Shown piece after piece: positions 1 to 9,915 of a stretch of 64,000 nucleotides of DNA. The stretch is from NCBI GenBank assembly GCA_965206645.1, contig CBDBKE010000004.1, positions 1,088,001 to 1,152,000 on the forward strand, given 5' to 3'. Origin of the DNA: Terriglobia bacterium. Its GTDB lineage: Bacteria > Acidobacteriota > Terriglobia > JAJPHL01 > JAPKYU01. A program made the translations under genes and the position numbers. Position 1 is the stretch's first letter; each line of letters opens with the position of its first letter. The notes under the pieces were generated by a model. It was not told the origin of the DNA. It saw only the letters and a list, made by a program, of their open reading frames with translations, and made no database searches.

Positions 1-1
1 T

Positions 2-760
2 GGCCTAGCGGCATTCCAACGTCTCGCAGACCAAGCCGGAGTGAGCATCAACTCTGCTGCCGTCGTCTGCCGAGCGCATGGGCAACTGGAATCACTGCGT
101 GGCAAGGCAAACTATACCAATCTCAAGGGCAAGGCAAAGGATCTGGCTACGGCTGCGTTCCTTCGTGATTCCCGACACGATTACCGTGGTGCGTCTCAGA
201 CCGTCGAACGTATTGTGCGCGAACTCACAGGTGACGACCCTCTGTGGGAGCGCATCGATACCGACCCGAAGTCACGCGAGCGCATGGCTGTGGCATTGGC
301 AATCTGGAAGTTCGTCAAAAACCCGGACCGACTAACACCGGTATCTCAGCTTGGTGACACATGGATTCCTTCCATGCGAACGCAGTTGGCGAGCTTGATC
401 GAGGAAATCGGCTTGCAATGTGATGCGAAGCTCGGGCAGCACATCAAAGCAACCGGACTCTCCGCCGCTCAGAAGGCTCTGCCGCTCTTCGAATCGGTCC
501 ATGAGTTCCCGGAAGTGCGGCAGGACACGATTCACCAGGTGAAAGGCGAGAGTATCGACGCGGTGCTGGTCATCGGCAATACAAAATTCTGGAACTCCGT
601 GATGGCGGCGGTACGAAGTGGCGACAACACGGAAGATCGACGGCTGGCGTATGTGGCCATGACTCGAGCTCGCCACCTGCTTGTCGTCGGGTTACCGAAG
701 GGGCACTACGACAAGCACTCAGAGACCTGGGTGGAGTGGGGCTTCAGGGTGGCGACATGA
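2..760 (+). CDS. UvrD/Rep (SF1A) helicase, C-terminal part; gene starts before the window
   Basis: Motifs V/VI TIHQVKGES..DAV and EDRRLAYVAMTRAR; frame open to window start. Confidence 0.8.
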   Translation, partial: GLAAFQRLADQAGVSINSAAVVCRAHGQLESLRGKANYTNLKGKAKDLATAAFLRDSRHDYRGASQTVERIVRELTGDDPLWERIDTDPKSRERMAVALAIWKFVKNPDRLTPVSQLGDTWIPSMRTQLASLIEEIGLQCDAKLGQHIKATGLSAAQKALPLFESVHEFPEVRQDTIHQVKGESIDAVLVIGNTKFWNSVMAAVRSGDNTEDRRLAYVAMTRARHLLVVGLPKGHYDKHSETWVEWGFRVAT

Positions 761-789
761 TGGATGCCAGCTACAGAAGAAATGAGGCC

Positions 790-1256
790 GGAAGCGGCGG
801 GGAGGATGCCTCCGCTGATGCGTGTGTTTCACCTTTGCGAGTCTTCCTGCTGAAATGAGGCTTGTGGCTCAACGCCGTTCACTTCGGCAAACATCCACTC
901 TGCAAATGACCTCCGCCCGGGCTTTCCGCTCGCCGGACCCTAGCGGTCCGGTTCCAGGTGCCCCGTCCCGGTTGCGATTCCCCAATCGAGCTGGCTGCCT
1001 ACGGCCGGAGAACGGGTATGGGGTTGCGCCATGTGCCGCTGGCCTTCGCTGGTTCCGCTTTGTTCCGATGCAAGGCTCGCGCCAGAACGGTCCCCTCGCC
1101 TGGCAGGCGTCTGTCACTCCCTCTTGCCCTTGTCGGCCCTGCCCGTCACTGGCTTCGGCGGCGCTGTTCCTCCCGTGTCAGGGTTTGGCCGTTTCCGCCA
1201 TTCGCGGGTGAGCGGAAACGCTCACAAACCCTTAAACTTTCAGGAGGAAACACATC
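790..1256 (+). repeat. Conserved structured non-coding leader, copy A
   Basis: Homologous to 12449-12968 (-) and 24296-24600 (+); shared CCGGTTCCAGGTGCCCCGTCCCGGTTGCGATT core and nested inverted repeats. Confidence 0.8.
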
Positions 1257-1505
1257 ATGGCTAACCCCAAACCCATCTCTGAAGTCCGCATCGGTCGCGT
1301 CAAGGCTGCGATTTGGCCGAACGGAACCGACGGCCGCACGCGGCACAATGTCACCTTCTCCCGTCTCTACAAGGACGGCGATGAATGGAAGAGCACGCAG
1401 AGCTTCAGTCGCAACGACCTGTTGCTGCTTGCCAAAGTGGCCGATCAGGCCCACTCGCGTATCTTCGAGCTTCAGCAGGCAGAAGAGCCTCAGGCAGAAT
1501 CCTAG
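1257..1505 (+). CDS. Small conserved plasmid/element protein, putative ssDNA-binding, copy 1
   Basis: RBS AGGAGG; near-identical second copy at 12200-12448; beta-rich aromatic/basic core with acidic tail. Confidence 0.75.
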   Translation: MANPKPISEVRIGRVKAAIWPNGTDGRTRHNVTFSRLYKDGDEWKSTQSFSRNDLLLLAKVADQAHSRIFELQQAEEPQAES

Positions 1506-1943
1506 TGCGACGCGCATCAGAGAGCGGCGGGGCAATCCCCGCCGCTACCCGATCCTTCGACAACGAGAATGGACACTCCTGGCACCTCTCAGCACGATTT
1601 TCATCCTGTTGTGTTCTCTGACACCGCTCTCAGGAAACCGTCCGCCAGCTCATGGCCGCCGGCTTCACTCTGTCCAGAAAATCAGGTGCGGTTCAGTTCA
1701 TCAGTCGGGAATAGACCTGGGCCGGAACAAATTAAGCAGCGCCTTTCCACCCATGGCTTTCGAGTTGGAGAAAACCGAAGCTGCCCTAGCGCCGAAATTC
1801 GGATGGCTGGAGTTTCGTCTTGATAGCAAATACAATTAGGGGCGTTCGCAAACAGGGAGGAACGCAGAGGTAATCTGGGACGGCCCGATGCGGATGCCGA
1901 GGAGACGGGCTGAGTAGGCACGTAAATAATCGGGGGAGGAAAA

Positions 1944-2114
1944 ATGCAGATTTCCGCTCAATTCAAGCTGGAGAAAGAGACCAAAGGAACGTTCCGCTAC
2001 GCCGAGGAAACGGCGGGGCAGCCGCCGAAGATCGGCACCCTATACGTCCAGAAGTGGGCGCTCCCCGCGCCTCCCCCTAACCGCATCACCATCACTCTCG
2101 AAGCATTGGACTGA
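1944..2114 (+). CDS. 56-aa hypothetical protein (MQISAQFKLEKETKGTFRY...IGTLYVQK), absent from the ORF track
   Basis: GGAGG RBS, ATG at 1944, TGA at 2112-2114. Confidence 0.65.
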   Translation: MQISAQFKLEKETKGTFRYAEETAGQPPKIGTLYVQKWALPAPPPNRITITLEALD

Positions 2115-2378
2115 CCCCCGCTCCTTTGGACTCACTTCTGGTTGGCGAGTTGCTCAGCAGGGAGAATCTGGGAGCAGATCCCACTTTACGACAACGAGTC
2201 AGCGACGGACTCTGGCGTCGCGGTGTCCGTCAGCTCAAGGAAAGACTCTTTGAAGTAGGAGAGATTACTGAAGTACTCGCGAATGATGACAAGGTCTCCC
2301 TGACAAGAGACTGACCTGACCGGCACTTTTTGTACCAAGTGGAAAGAGAGAGAATCCACTTGAGGAGGAAGTGAGGTC

Positions 2379-2657
2379 ATGCCGACAAGGAGTTACAAGC
2401 CGGAGCAGATTGTAGCGGTGCTACGGCAGATAGAAGTGCAGATGGGGAACGGGAAGACTGCGCCCCAAGCCTGCAAAGAAGCTGGAATCCACACCCAAAC
2501 CTACTACCGGTGGCGGAAGGAATACGGCGGGCTGAAGGTGGTGCAGGCAAAACGGCTAAAGGAGTTGGAGAAGGAAAACACGCGGCTGAAGCGGTTGGTA
2601 GCGGAGCTTTCTCTGGAGAAGCAGGTACTGCGGGATGTGGCACAGGGAAACTTCTGA
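2379..2657 (+). CDS. IS3 transposase OrfA
   Basis: HTH plus leucine zipper; GGGAAAC slippery heptamer at 2645-2651. Confidence 0.9.
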   Translation: MPTRSYKPEQIVAVLRQIEVQMGNGKTAPQACKEAGIHTQTYYRWRKEYGGLKVVQAKRLKELEKENTRLKRLVAELSLEKQVLRDVAQGNF

Positions 2658-3473
2658 GCCCTGAGCGGCGGCGTTGTGCGGTGGAGCGTGCGTGGGAGCA
2701 ACACGGGTTGTCGGAACGGCATGCCTGCCGGCTGCTGGGGCAATGGCGAGGGACACAACGATACGAGCCGATTCATCGGGTGGACGAGGATGCTCTGACC
2801 CGAGCGATCATTGCCCTGGGAGCGAAGTACGGGCGATATGGCTACCGGAGGATCACAGCGTTGCTGCGGAGTGCGGGCTGGGAAGTGGGCAAGGACCGGG
2901 TGCAGCGGATTTGGCGGCGGGAAGGGCTGAAAGTGCCGCAAAAACAAAGGCCGCGAGGACGGCTGTGGCTGAACGACGGTTCCTGTGTACGACTGAGGCC
3001 GGAGCGACCGAACCACGTGTGGAGCTACGACTTCATGAGTGCCAGAACGCACGAGGGGAGAACGCTGCGGCTGCTGACCTTGCTGGATGAGTACACGCGG
3101 GAATGCCTGGCGATCCGGGTGGAGCGGAGGATGGGCAGCCAACAAATCATTGAGGCGTTGTCGGACGTGATGTTGTGGCGAGGGATACCGGAACAGATTC
3201 GATCCGACAATGGTCCCGAGTTCATCGCCAAACAACTGCGCCAGTGGTTGGCAAATCTAGGGACCGGGACACTGTACATCGAACCGGGCAGTCCCTGGGA
3301 GAACGGGTACTGCGAGAGTTTCAATGGGAAGCTGCGGGACGAATGCCTGAATGGAGAGATCTTCTACTCGTTGAAGGAGGCACAGGTGGTGATTGAACAG
3401 TGGAGGGTGCAATACAACACGGTGCGGCCGCACTCGGCGCTCGGCTATAGGCCCCCGGCGCCGGGGGCCTATA
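2654..3473 (+). CDS. IS3 transposase OrfB (rve integrase); last codons displaced by IS1182
   Basis: WSYDF, SDNGPEF, ENGYCESFNG DDE motifs. Confidence 0.9.
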
Positions 3474-4867
3474 GAGTCTGTGTGAAAACCGCTCTTGCGA
3501 GTCACGTATAATGCGCCTTAAGGGGGCGCGATGAAATTCTTGACCTACAACCCGGAGCAAGCGTATCTGCTACCGCCCAGCGTGCGGGAGGTGCTGGGAG
3601 AAGATCACATCTGTTTTTTTGTGCACCAAGTCGTGGAGCGGCTGGAACTGAGTGCGTTTGAGCAGGGCTACGTGGAAGAAGGCCGCCCGGCCTATCATCC
3701 GGCGCTGTTGCTGAAGGTGTGGCTGTATGCCTACGCGCTGGGCGTGACCTCGGCCCGCCGTCTGGAACAGCGGGTGCGGGAGGACCTGGCGTTCCGTTAT
3801 CTGGCGGCCGGAGCGGGGCCGGACTTTTGGACGCTGAACCAGTTTCGGACGCGGCACGCCCGTGCCCTGAACGATCTGTTCACACAGGTGGTGGAGTTGG
3901 CGCGGTCGCTGGGGATGGGGCGGCTGGGACACGTGGCCATGGACTCGACGCGGGTGGCGGCCAACGCCTCGCAGGACCGGGTGGAGACGGTGGCCAAGTT
4001 GAGGGCAGAGCGAGCCAAAATTCGGCGGCAGATTCGTCGCTGGCAGAAACAATGTGACACGCAGTCCTGCGAGGAAGCGGCTGGCCAGCAACTGAGCGGC
4101 AAGCAGATGGCAGCGCTGGAGAAGCGGCTGGAAGAAATCCCGCGATGCCTGGAGCGGTTGCGCAAAAGCGGGCTGAAGCGGCGTTCGGAAACCGATCCCG
4201 ACAGCCGGTTTTTGCGCGACCGCAAGGGATTCACGCTGGGTTACACGGCGGAGGTGGCGGTCAGCGAAGATCATCTGATTGTCGAGCAGCACGTGGGGCA
4301 AAACGCCACCGACAACGCGACGCTGGTCCCTCTGGTGGAGGCGGTCGAGCGGCGCTGCCGGGAACGCCCGCAGAAGGTCAGCGCCGACAGCGGCTTCTTT
4401 TGCTTGGAGACCATCGTGGAACTGGCCCAGCGTGGCCTGGACGTCTATGTGCCCGACTCGAACTTGGCGCGGGAACTGAACCGAGGCCAACGCGCGCCCG
4501 GAGCACCTGCTGTACGGCATCCGGAACATCGGCGAATGCGACGCAAGCTGCGCGACCCGGCCGGCCGGGCGGTTTATCAGCGGCGCAAGGCGATCGTGGA
4601 ACCAGTGATCGGGGTTTTGAAAGAACAGCGTGGAATGCGGCAGTTCCGGCGGCGGGGCCTGGAGAAGGTCGCGGTGGAGTTCGCGCTGGCCGCAACGGCC
4701 TTCAACCTCACCCGCCTGTGGCGCAACAAACCGAAGCTAAATCAGGAAGGCTAGTTCAGCAGACTCCCGGACCGGCGACTCGGCGAAGATCGAAACACCA
4801 GAATTCTGGAGCGAATCATGATCCCTTTTGATTTCCAGCCAGCTAAACCGAGTTTCCACACAGGCTC
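3474..4867 (+). mobile_element. IS1182-family element, copy 1 (intact)
   Basis: Ends GAGTCTGTGTGAAA / TTTCCACACAGGCTC; 4-bp TATA target duplication, confirmed against uninterrupted IS3 copies. Confidence 0.92.
3531..4754 (+). CDS. IS1182-family transposase
   Basis: GRPAYHP..LLK, PDFWT, MDSTRV, ADSGF, YQRRKAIVEPV motifs. Confidence 0.92.
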   Translation: MKFLTYNPEQAYLLPPSVREVLGEDHICFFVHQVVERLELSAFEQGYVEEGRPAYHPALLLKVWLYAYALGVTSARRLEQRVREDLAFRYLAAGAGPDFWTLNQFRTRHARALNDLFTQVVELARSLGMGRLGHVAMDSTRVAANASQDRVETVAKLRAERAKIRRQIRRWQKQCDTQSCEEAAGQQLSGKQMAALEKRLEEIPRCLERLRKSGLKRRSETDPDSRFLRDRKGFTLGYTAEVAVSEDHLIVEQHVGQNATDNATLVPLVEAVERRCRERPQKVSADSGFFCLETIVELAQRGLDVYVPDSNLARELNRGQRAPGAPAVRHPEHRRMRRKLRDPAGRAVYQRRKAIVEPVIGVLKEQRGMRQFRRRGLEKVAVEFALAATAFNLTRLWRNKPKLNQEG

Positions 4868-5250
4868 TATAGCCCTCCCCTGCCACTGAAACCAGTTTCA
4901 CAGCCCCAGGCTGCGATGTAAACTCTCACTACGGTTGGTACAAAAAATCGGTCTGGTCACCAGTGTGCACTCGCCTCACTGGGGCAGCGGTCACGGGTAG
5001 AATCGCTCAACATATCAATTCGCAATGGACACCCAACTGGTAGAAGCCTCATCAAATTTTACACTAGATATTGTGCGGTACTCTGTAGGCCTGGATCATG
5101 CCCCCAAAGGGGCCTTGACAGCAACATGTTGGTTCTGTAAAAAAGATACTTGGAAGCCACCCTGCGGCGCGCCCATAGGGTTCGCAGGCATGAACTACGA
5201 GTGAACAGGAGAGACTGGCAATGGAATTCAATCCAATGATTCCTGATGCG

Positions 5251-5832
5251 CTAGCGCTTGAATACAAACGAGATTACGGGTGTGCTACTGGGGAGATCGA
5301 ACTCTCGGATCTCGTGAATTATCCCCCTCTCGCGAGCGAATTCCGCCGTCTTGGTCTGAGCCTCCCGGAAGAATTTCTCCGCCTCGTTCTGGGGGATGTC
5401 CGTGCGGTCGGCGATGATGTTCCCGATACGTTGCTGATCAGCACCAAGTCCATCTAGCATCTCCCGTAGATTCTTTTCTTCGAACCGACCAGCTGGCCTA
5501 TCGAATCCAACACCGTGAAACATGAAGGTCGATTGTGCACACGCATATCTAGTATCCGCCGCAAGGAAGATCGCGTTTCCGATTGAATCGACATTGCCGA
5601 TGTTGTGAGTGGTGAGCTTGAAAGGTACACCTCGAAGGAAATTGTAGAGCGTGATTCCCTGAGCGACGCTTCCACCGGGTGTTGAAAACGCAAGGTAGAC
5701 CTCTTTGACACCCTGCTGGGCTAGGTTCGATAATGCCTGAATTAAGATCTCCACTGTTTGTGGAACGATCTCAGCCGTAAATACCACATAGACGAGCTGC
5801 GGCATTGGTTGTGGTTTCGGATTTATAGTCAT
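5251..5832 (-). CDS. Stand-alone ClpP-like serine protease
   Basis: STPGGSV, NVDSIG (catalytic Ser), FMFHG (His). Confidence 0.8.
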   Translation of the reverse strand: MTINPKPQPMPQLVYVVFTAEIVPQTVEILIQALSNLAQQGVKEVYLAFSTPGGSVAQGITLYNFLRGVPFKLTTHNIGNVDSIGNAIFLAADTRYACAQSTFMFHGVGFDRPAGRFEEKNLREMLDGLGADQQRIGNIIADRTDIPQNEAEKFFREAQTKTAEFARERGIIHEIREFDLPSSTPVISFVFKR

Positions 5833-6139
5833 AAGGAGATCACTTCACCTTCTCCCCCCCCGATCCAGAAAGTTGTCAAGTGCTAAGTGTGTAACCAGAG
5901 GCGCTGGAACCGTATGGAACGGAGCACCCCCCAGCAAAGGTTGCCTATCCGGTTCGATTCCGGCCCGCACCTCCAGTACCGGCGAAGAGTAGAACTCACA
6001 CTGAGGTTTTGTCAAGGGAATCAAGCCACCAGATCCCGGTACCGTAACCTCTTCCCGCACATTCCCCGCGCCATCGCCTTCATCTGCTCGATCGCATCCA
6101 GCGGCCTTGGGTTGTGGCGGCCTGCAAACTCAGTTATGT

Positions 6140-6310
6140 AGCGATCCAAGTGCGGCTGCAGAGCACCTTTACCGGGCCGATCGCGCGCGGTCTCTCGCTG
6201 GTCGCGATCGTGGTCGGTGGGGTGATGTTCGCATTTGGCGAGGGCGGGAGCAAGCGGGCGCTGACCGGCATCATCTTTGGGGTCGGCATGGCGATCGGGG
6301 CCGAAAACAA
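6140..6310 (+). pseudogene. TrbC/VirB2 pilin fragment
   Basis: FTGPIARGLSLVAIVVGGVMFAFGEGGSKRALTGIIFG; no proper 5' end. Confidence 0.65.
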
Positions 6311-6366
6311 GACAGTCGAACGAGCCGAACGGGTGCTGCGCGCGTGGGCGGCGGCGGACTCAGGGG

Positions 6367-6497
6367 GGTACTGTCAAGTTAAGCAGAATCTGCCCGTTTT
6401 GCGGAAGGATTCTGCTGGATCAGAGACTGAGAATCAATGACTTAGCGGTGGCGGCGAGCGGCGAGAATGCCGCCAAACTGCTTAACTTGACAGTACC
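6367..6497 (+). mobile_element. 131-bp IS6-type MITE, copy 1
   Basis: TIR GGTACTGTCAAGTT / AACTTGACAGTACC; four near-identical copies in the window. Confidence 0.93.
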
Positions 6498-6699
6498 TGT
6501 TAGGCAAGTGCAAATTTAGAAGGGAGAGATTCTTCAAACAAAACCAGCCCCATCGCGATCGAGGCGCCACACTTCAGCGGTGGGCGCTTCTCTAGCTTTT
6601 CCTTCTCTGCTTGCCTGAATTCTTCGTCACGGCAAATCGACAACTACATCTCCGTAAACAGCAACCACTCGCCGCTTAAGAATTCGTTCCCAAAAGCTC

Positions 6700-7351
6700 T
6701 TACTTTGACGACTTTGGAATCTGCCACGTCACCTTTCCTTGCTTGTCATAAATCGTCACAATCAATTCTGCTTCCGAAGCCGAATCCGGCAGGATTGCCT
6801 GTCTCTTCTCATCGACGAGCGGAAATGTAACCCAGAACACATCGTATGCATAATCCCGCTGAACCGTGCCCGCAAGAGCTTTCACGGAACGTAAAGCTGG
6901 AATTACCGTCCCCTTTGCTTCGATGGAGGAACCCTTGCCTCTGAGGATAGCTAGCCAATCAGATGGGATAATGCCGGAGCCCTCGCGGGGATCTAATTCC
7001 ACCATGATCACCGTGTCACCAGCAGCTTCCGCTTCCGCAACTAAGGCCCGGGTTTGCTCCTCGCTCAACCGTTCCCGCAGTTGCCAGTAACGTGCTGATG
7101 CGCGTACCATTTCGGGAGTAAACCATGTCGCTCGGAGCTTGTAGTTGTAAGAACGTTCGGTGTTTCTAATTCTGAAGTCGAAGGAACCGCCGACTTGGCC
7201 GTTGACTCGAAAATTTCTTAGTTATTGTCTCAATCGTTTTTGTGTTCCAAGACAGATAGCTTGTGTTGTCGGCAGGAAAGCCCGTCTGGCCTACTAGCGA
7301 CACATTCGTTAACGCGACTAGGGACACGACGCATGCAAAATGGAGGCGCAT
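6700..7351 (-). pseudogene. Exported hypothetical protein split by a 1-nt frameshift near 7210-7213
   Basis: Signal-peptide ORF 7166-7351 joins the 6700 frame (KKF-RVNGQVGG...) if one base of the 4-nt run is removed. Confidence 0.55.
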
Positions 7352-7923
7352 TATTCCATAACCTCCTTGAGTAAAATTGACACAACTTCCCTTCCGCCAA
7401 ACCTTGTCTTTGAGACAGTCACTCCTACGAACTTGAAACCGGCTTCTCCGGCTTCTTGTAGTTCCCTTTGCATGGTTGAAGTTCGGTTGGTTGCCAGCAG
7501 CTTGTATTCATATCTCGCCTTTGATCTGTTTTCCCGATCCAATTCCAGGATCACAACTACCTCGTCGCCTCCGAGCATGGAACCAAATACTGTTTGGTCC
7601 TTGTAGAGAAATCCTTCATTGCCGCTTTCTTGGAGTTCTTTCTGCATAGTTGAGGTTCGGCTGGCGGCGAGCAGCTTGTACGCGTACCGCCCTTTCTTGG
7701 TCGATGTCTTACTCTTGGACATGACAACAACAACTTCCGAGCCACCGAATCCGGTTTTTCCACCCATGACTTTCTCTATCCTGTATCCAGCATCCGCGGC
7801 TTCGTTGAGTTCCTTTTCCATAGTGGAAGTCTTTTTAGTGGCCAAAACGCGGTAATCATAAGCATCTTCAGCGGCAAGGAAGCTAGCGGAGAGCAATACA
7901 AAGGTGATCAATCTGATGATCAT
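7351..7923 (-). CDS. Exported protein with three tandem DUF4177-like repeats
   Basis: Signal peptide; 3x Y.Y++LA..+TSTM.+EL.E....G[YF]. Confidence 0.75.
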   Translation of the reverse strand: MIIRLITFVLLSASFLAAEDAYDYRVLATKKTSTMEKELNEAADAGYRIEKVMGGKTGFGGSEVVVVMSKSKTSTKKGRYAYKLLAASRTSTMQKELQESGNEGFLYKDQTVFGSMLGGDEVVVILELDRENRSKARYEYKLLATNRTSTMQRELQEAGEAGFKFVGVTVSKTRFGGREVVSILLKEVME

Positions 7924-8048
7924 GTAAGTTCGTCCTGTGTGTGGGGGTTTTGGAAACGCATCCAGGCTCGACGTTACCATAAAGCAAGCAACTCTGAAAG
8001 TGGGTAAATCGAAATGGCAAAGCTCTTACTCCAGAGGATGAGTCGGCT

Positions 8049-8288
8049 CACGTGTCTCAGGAAACGATCTATCGTAGCCTTTTTATTCAGGCCCGCGGGG
8101 CTCTGAAGAAAGAACTGGCTCAGTATCTGCGGTCCAGGCGAACGATTTACCGGTCCCGGCATGCGAGCCGGAAAGGCCATGGGAAGGGACAGATCGCCGA
8201 CATAGTATCGATCCGTAAGCGCCCGGCTTCAGTTGAAGATCGTGCGGTACCGGGTCACTGGGAAGGCGATCTGATTGCCGGATCGCCG
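8049..8288 (+). pseudogene. IS30-family transposase fragment
   Basis: VSQETIYRSLFIQARGAL...GHWEGDLI. Confidence 0.8.
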
Positions 8289-8339
8289 GACAGCGAGGAC
8301 CGATCCGCGAGCCGCGGTGCACGAGGGGAGGGGGTTCAA

Positions 8340-8656
8340 GAGCGCGGGGGCAGATCAATGAATTCGCGATCGCGGTCCCGTTCTAAGAATTCATCGAGAC
8401 CCTTCCTGCGACGGGCCATGGAAACCGGGTCGTTTTGAGCGACGCTGTCGATATAGGAGCCGATCAGTATGAAGCGCCGTGTACGGCGCTTGCGTTCAGC
8501 GGCGGAGAGGCGGGATTGAGCGTGGCGGATTTGATTCTCTAGGATGCATTATTTCTAGCGCTGGAGGTCCACAAACTATTTTTTACGCTGGGCGAGACCC
8601 TCTTGCAGTTCCCGCTTACGCTGCTTGAGTTCTTGGAGTTGCTGTTCCAGATTCAT
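8340..8656 (-). pseudogene. RSF1010-type mobC remnant
   Basis: ERKRRTRRFILIG...LDEFLERDRDREF in a broken frame, divergent from the mobA remnant. Confidence 0.55.
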
Positions 8657-8773
8657 TGTGGTCCAGATGGCCTGGCATCCGGGACTTATTGCATCATAAT
8701 CTCCGTAGCATTTAACGGCCTGAGCAGGGCCGGGAGTGATAACCCGAACGGCAGTGTAGGGCAAACGAACAGC

Positions 8774-8998
8774 ATGGCTATGTATCACATCCAGGTAAAC
8801 GTCGGCAGCCGAGCCGGAGGGCAATCGGCTTCTGCGAAGTTCGATTACATCGGGCGCGAGGGGCGCTACGCCAAGGATGCCGAGGAACTGGAGCACAAGG
8901 ACCACGGAAACATGCCGGAATGGGCAGAGGACGCCCCGCGCTCTTACTGAGAGGCGGCAGACGAGCACGGGTGGGCCAACGGGCGGCTGTACCGCTAA
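8774..8998 (+). pseudogene. MobA/MobL (MOBQ) relaxase N-terminal remnant
   Basis: MAMYH...GQSASAKFDYIGREGRY...GNMPEWA..P.SY*EAAD..ANGRLYR with an in-frame TGA. Confidence 0.75.
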
Positions 8999-9037
8999 TG
9001 TTCTCGGCTGCGCAGCCCTGCGTTCGGCCGACCTACC

Positions 9038-9790
9038 TTATGCGTCGCAACTCCAATAGACCGATGTTGCGAGGTATTCCTGAATCACGGATTGTACCAG
9101 TAGACCGGCGTCGCCTCGATCCACGACCGTATACCTGTACACGCCATCCTGGACGATGACCCATGGCCCCATCATGTCCGATTGCGCCGTTCCGCATTGC
9201 CGTTGGAACAGGCGGGTACCGACTTCCGCCCAACCTAGTAGTTCCCCTTCTTCTCCTGTTGTCTCGAATTCATCGCGTTGCTCCGGCGTCAAGACTTGCA
9301 GCGGTATGGCGAAGAAATCGTTCGCCTCGAACGACATCGCCCGGTCGAGTTCATAGAGCGCGTGGCTGCGCGCGTTCTTGATCACCACGCGCTTCACCCT
9401 CTCTATTTCCGGTGCAAAGACGATCTCTTCTTCCCCGAAGAGCGTTGTCCTTTCTGTCCGCGAATTCTCTATCCGCTCGCGCAGTCCCACGTTTCTTTTC
9501 AGCATGCGCGCGACTTCTGGGTTCTTCTGCTTCTCCGGATCCGTTGACCCCGCCAGCACCGTCCACAGAAGCCCCTTTAGGTATTCCTCATCGAGCGAAA
9601 AAGCTTCATTGCACTTCCAGCAGGCTTCGATGGTTATCATTTCTGCGGGATACGGCTTCCGCAGCAAGCACTTCGAGGGGACGTGCTCTTGCGTTGCTTC
9701 CGTTGAATTGAAACCTCTACCGCAATGCATGCAGGTCCCTCCTGGCCATCGCAGTCGCTCGTCAAGGAACGATTTATCTATGCGTTTCAT
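9038..9790 (-). CDS. HNH-type endonuclease domain protein
   Basis: CMHCG...QEHVPSK...ACWKCNEAFS zinc/HNH signature. Confidence 0.7.
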   Translation of the reverse strand: MKRIDKSFLDERLRWPGGTCMHCGRGFNSTEATQEHVPSKCLLRKPYPAEMITIEACWKCNEAFSLDEEYLKGLLWTVLAGSTDPEKQKNPEVARMLKRNVGLRERIENSRTERTTLFGEEEIVFAPEIERVKRVVIKNARSHALYELDRAMSFEANDFFAIPLQVLTPEQRDEFETTGEEGELLGWAEVGTRLFQRQCGTAQSDMMGPWVIVQDGVYRYTVVDRGDAGLLVQSVIQEYLATSVYWSCDA

Positions 9791-9915
9791 TGAGCAACCG
9801 CCACGCGGCTTTGGATCCGCTCGGCCTCGGTACACCCCCAGGCCTCCAAGAGGCGAGCGAGCGCGGACGGATGCCGTGATCGCCGACCTGCTGTTCATGG
9901 GCGAGTTGCTCCGAG

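Larger units (their letters stand above)
2312..4959 (+). mobile_element. IS3-family element A, copy 1 (1250 bp), interrupted by IS1182
   Basis: TG...CA ends TGACCTGACCGGCACTTTTTGTACCA / TGGTACAAAAAATCGGTCTGGTCA; near-identical copies at 40430 and 45823. Confidence 0.95.

Noticed and set aside
2-760. Gabija GajB assignment
   Set aside because: Plausible, but the partner OLD nuclease would lie outside the window, so it cannot be supported
958-1839. Long overlapping ORFs across the leader (also 12028-12843, 12494-12901)
   Set aside because: Shadow frames of a GC-rich repeat; indels between copies break them
8657-8773. MOBQ oriT between the mobC and mobA remnants
   Set aside because: The position fits, but the TAAGTGCGCCCT nic consensus is not present
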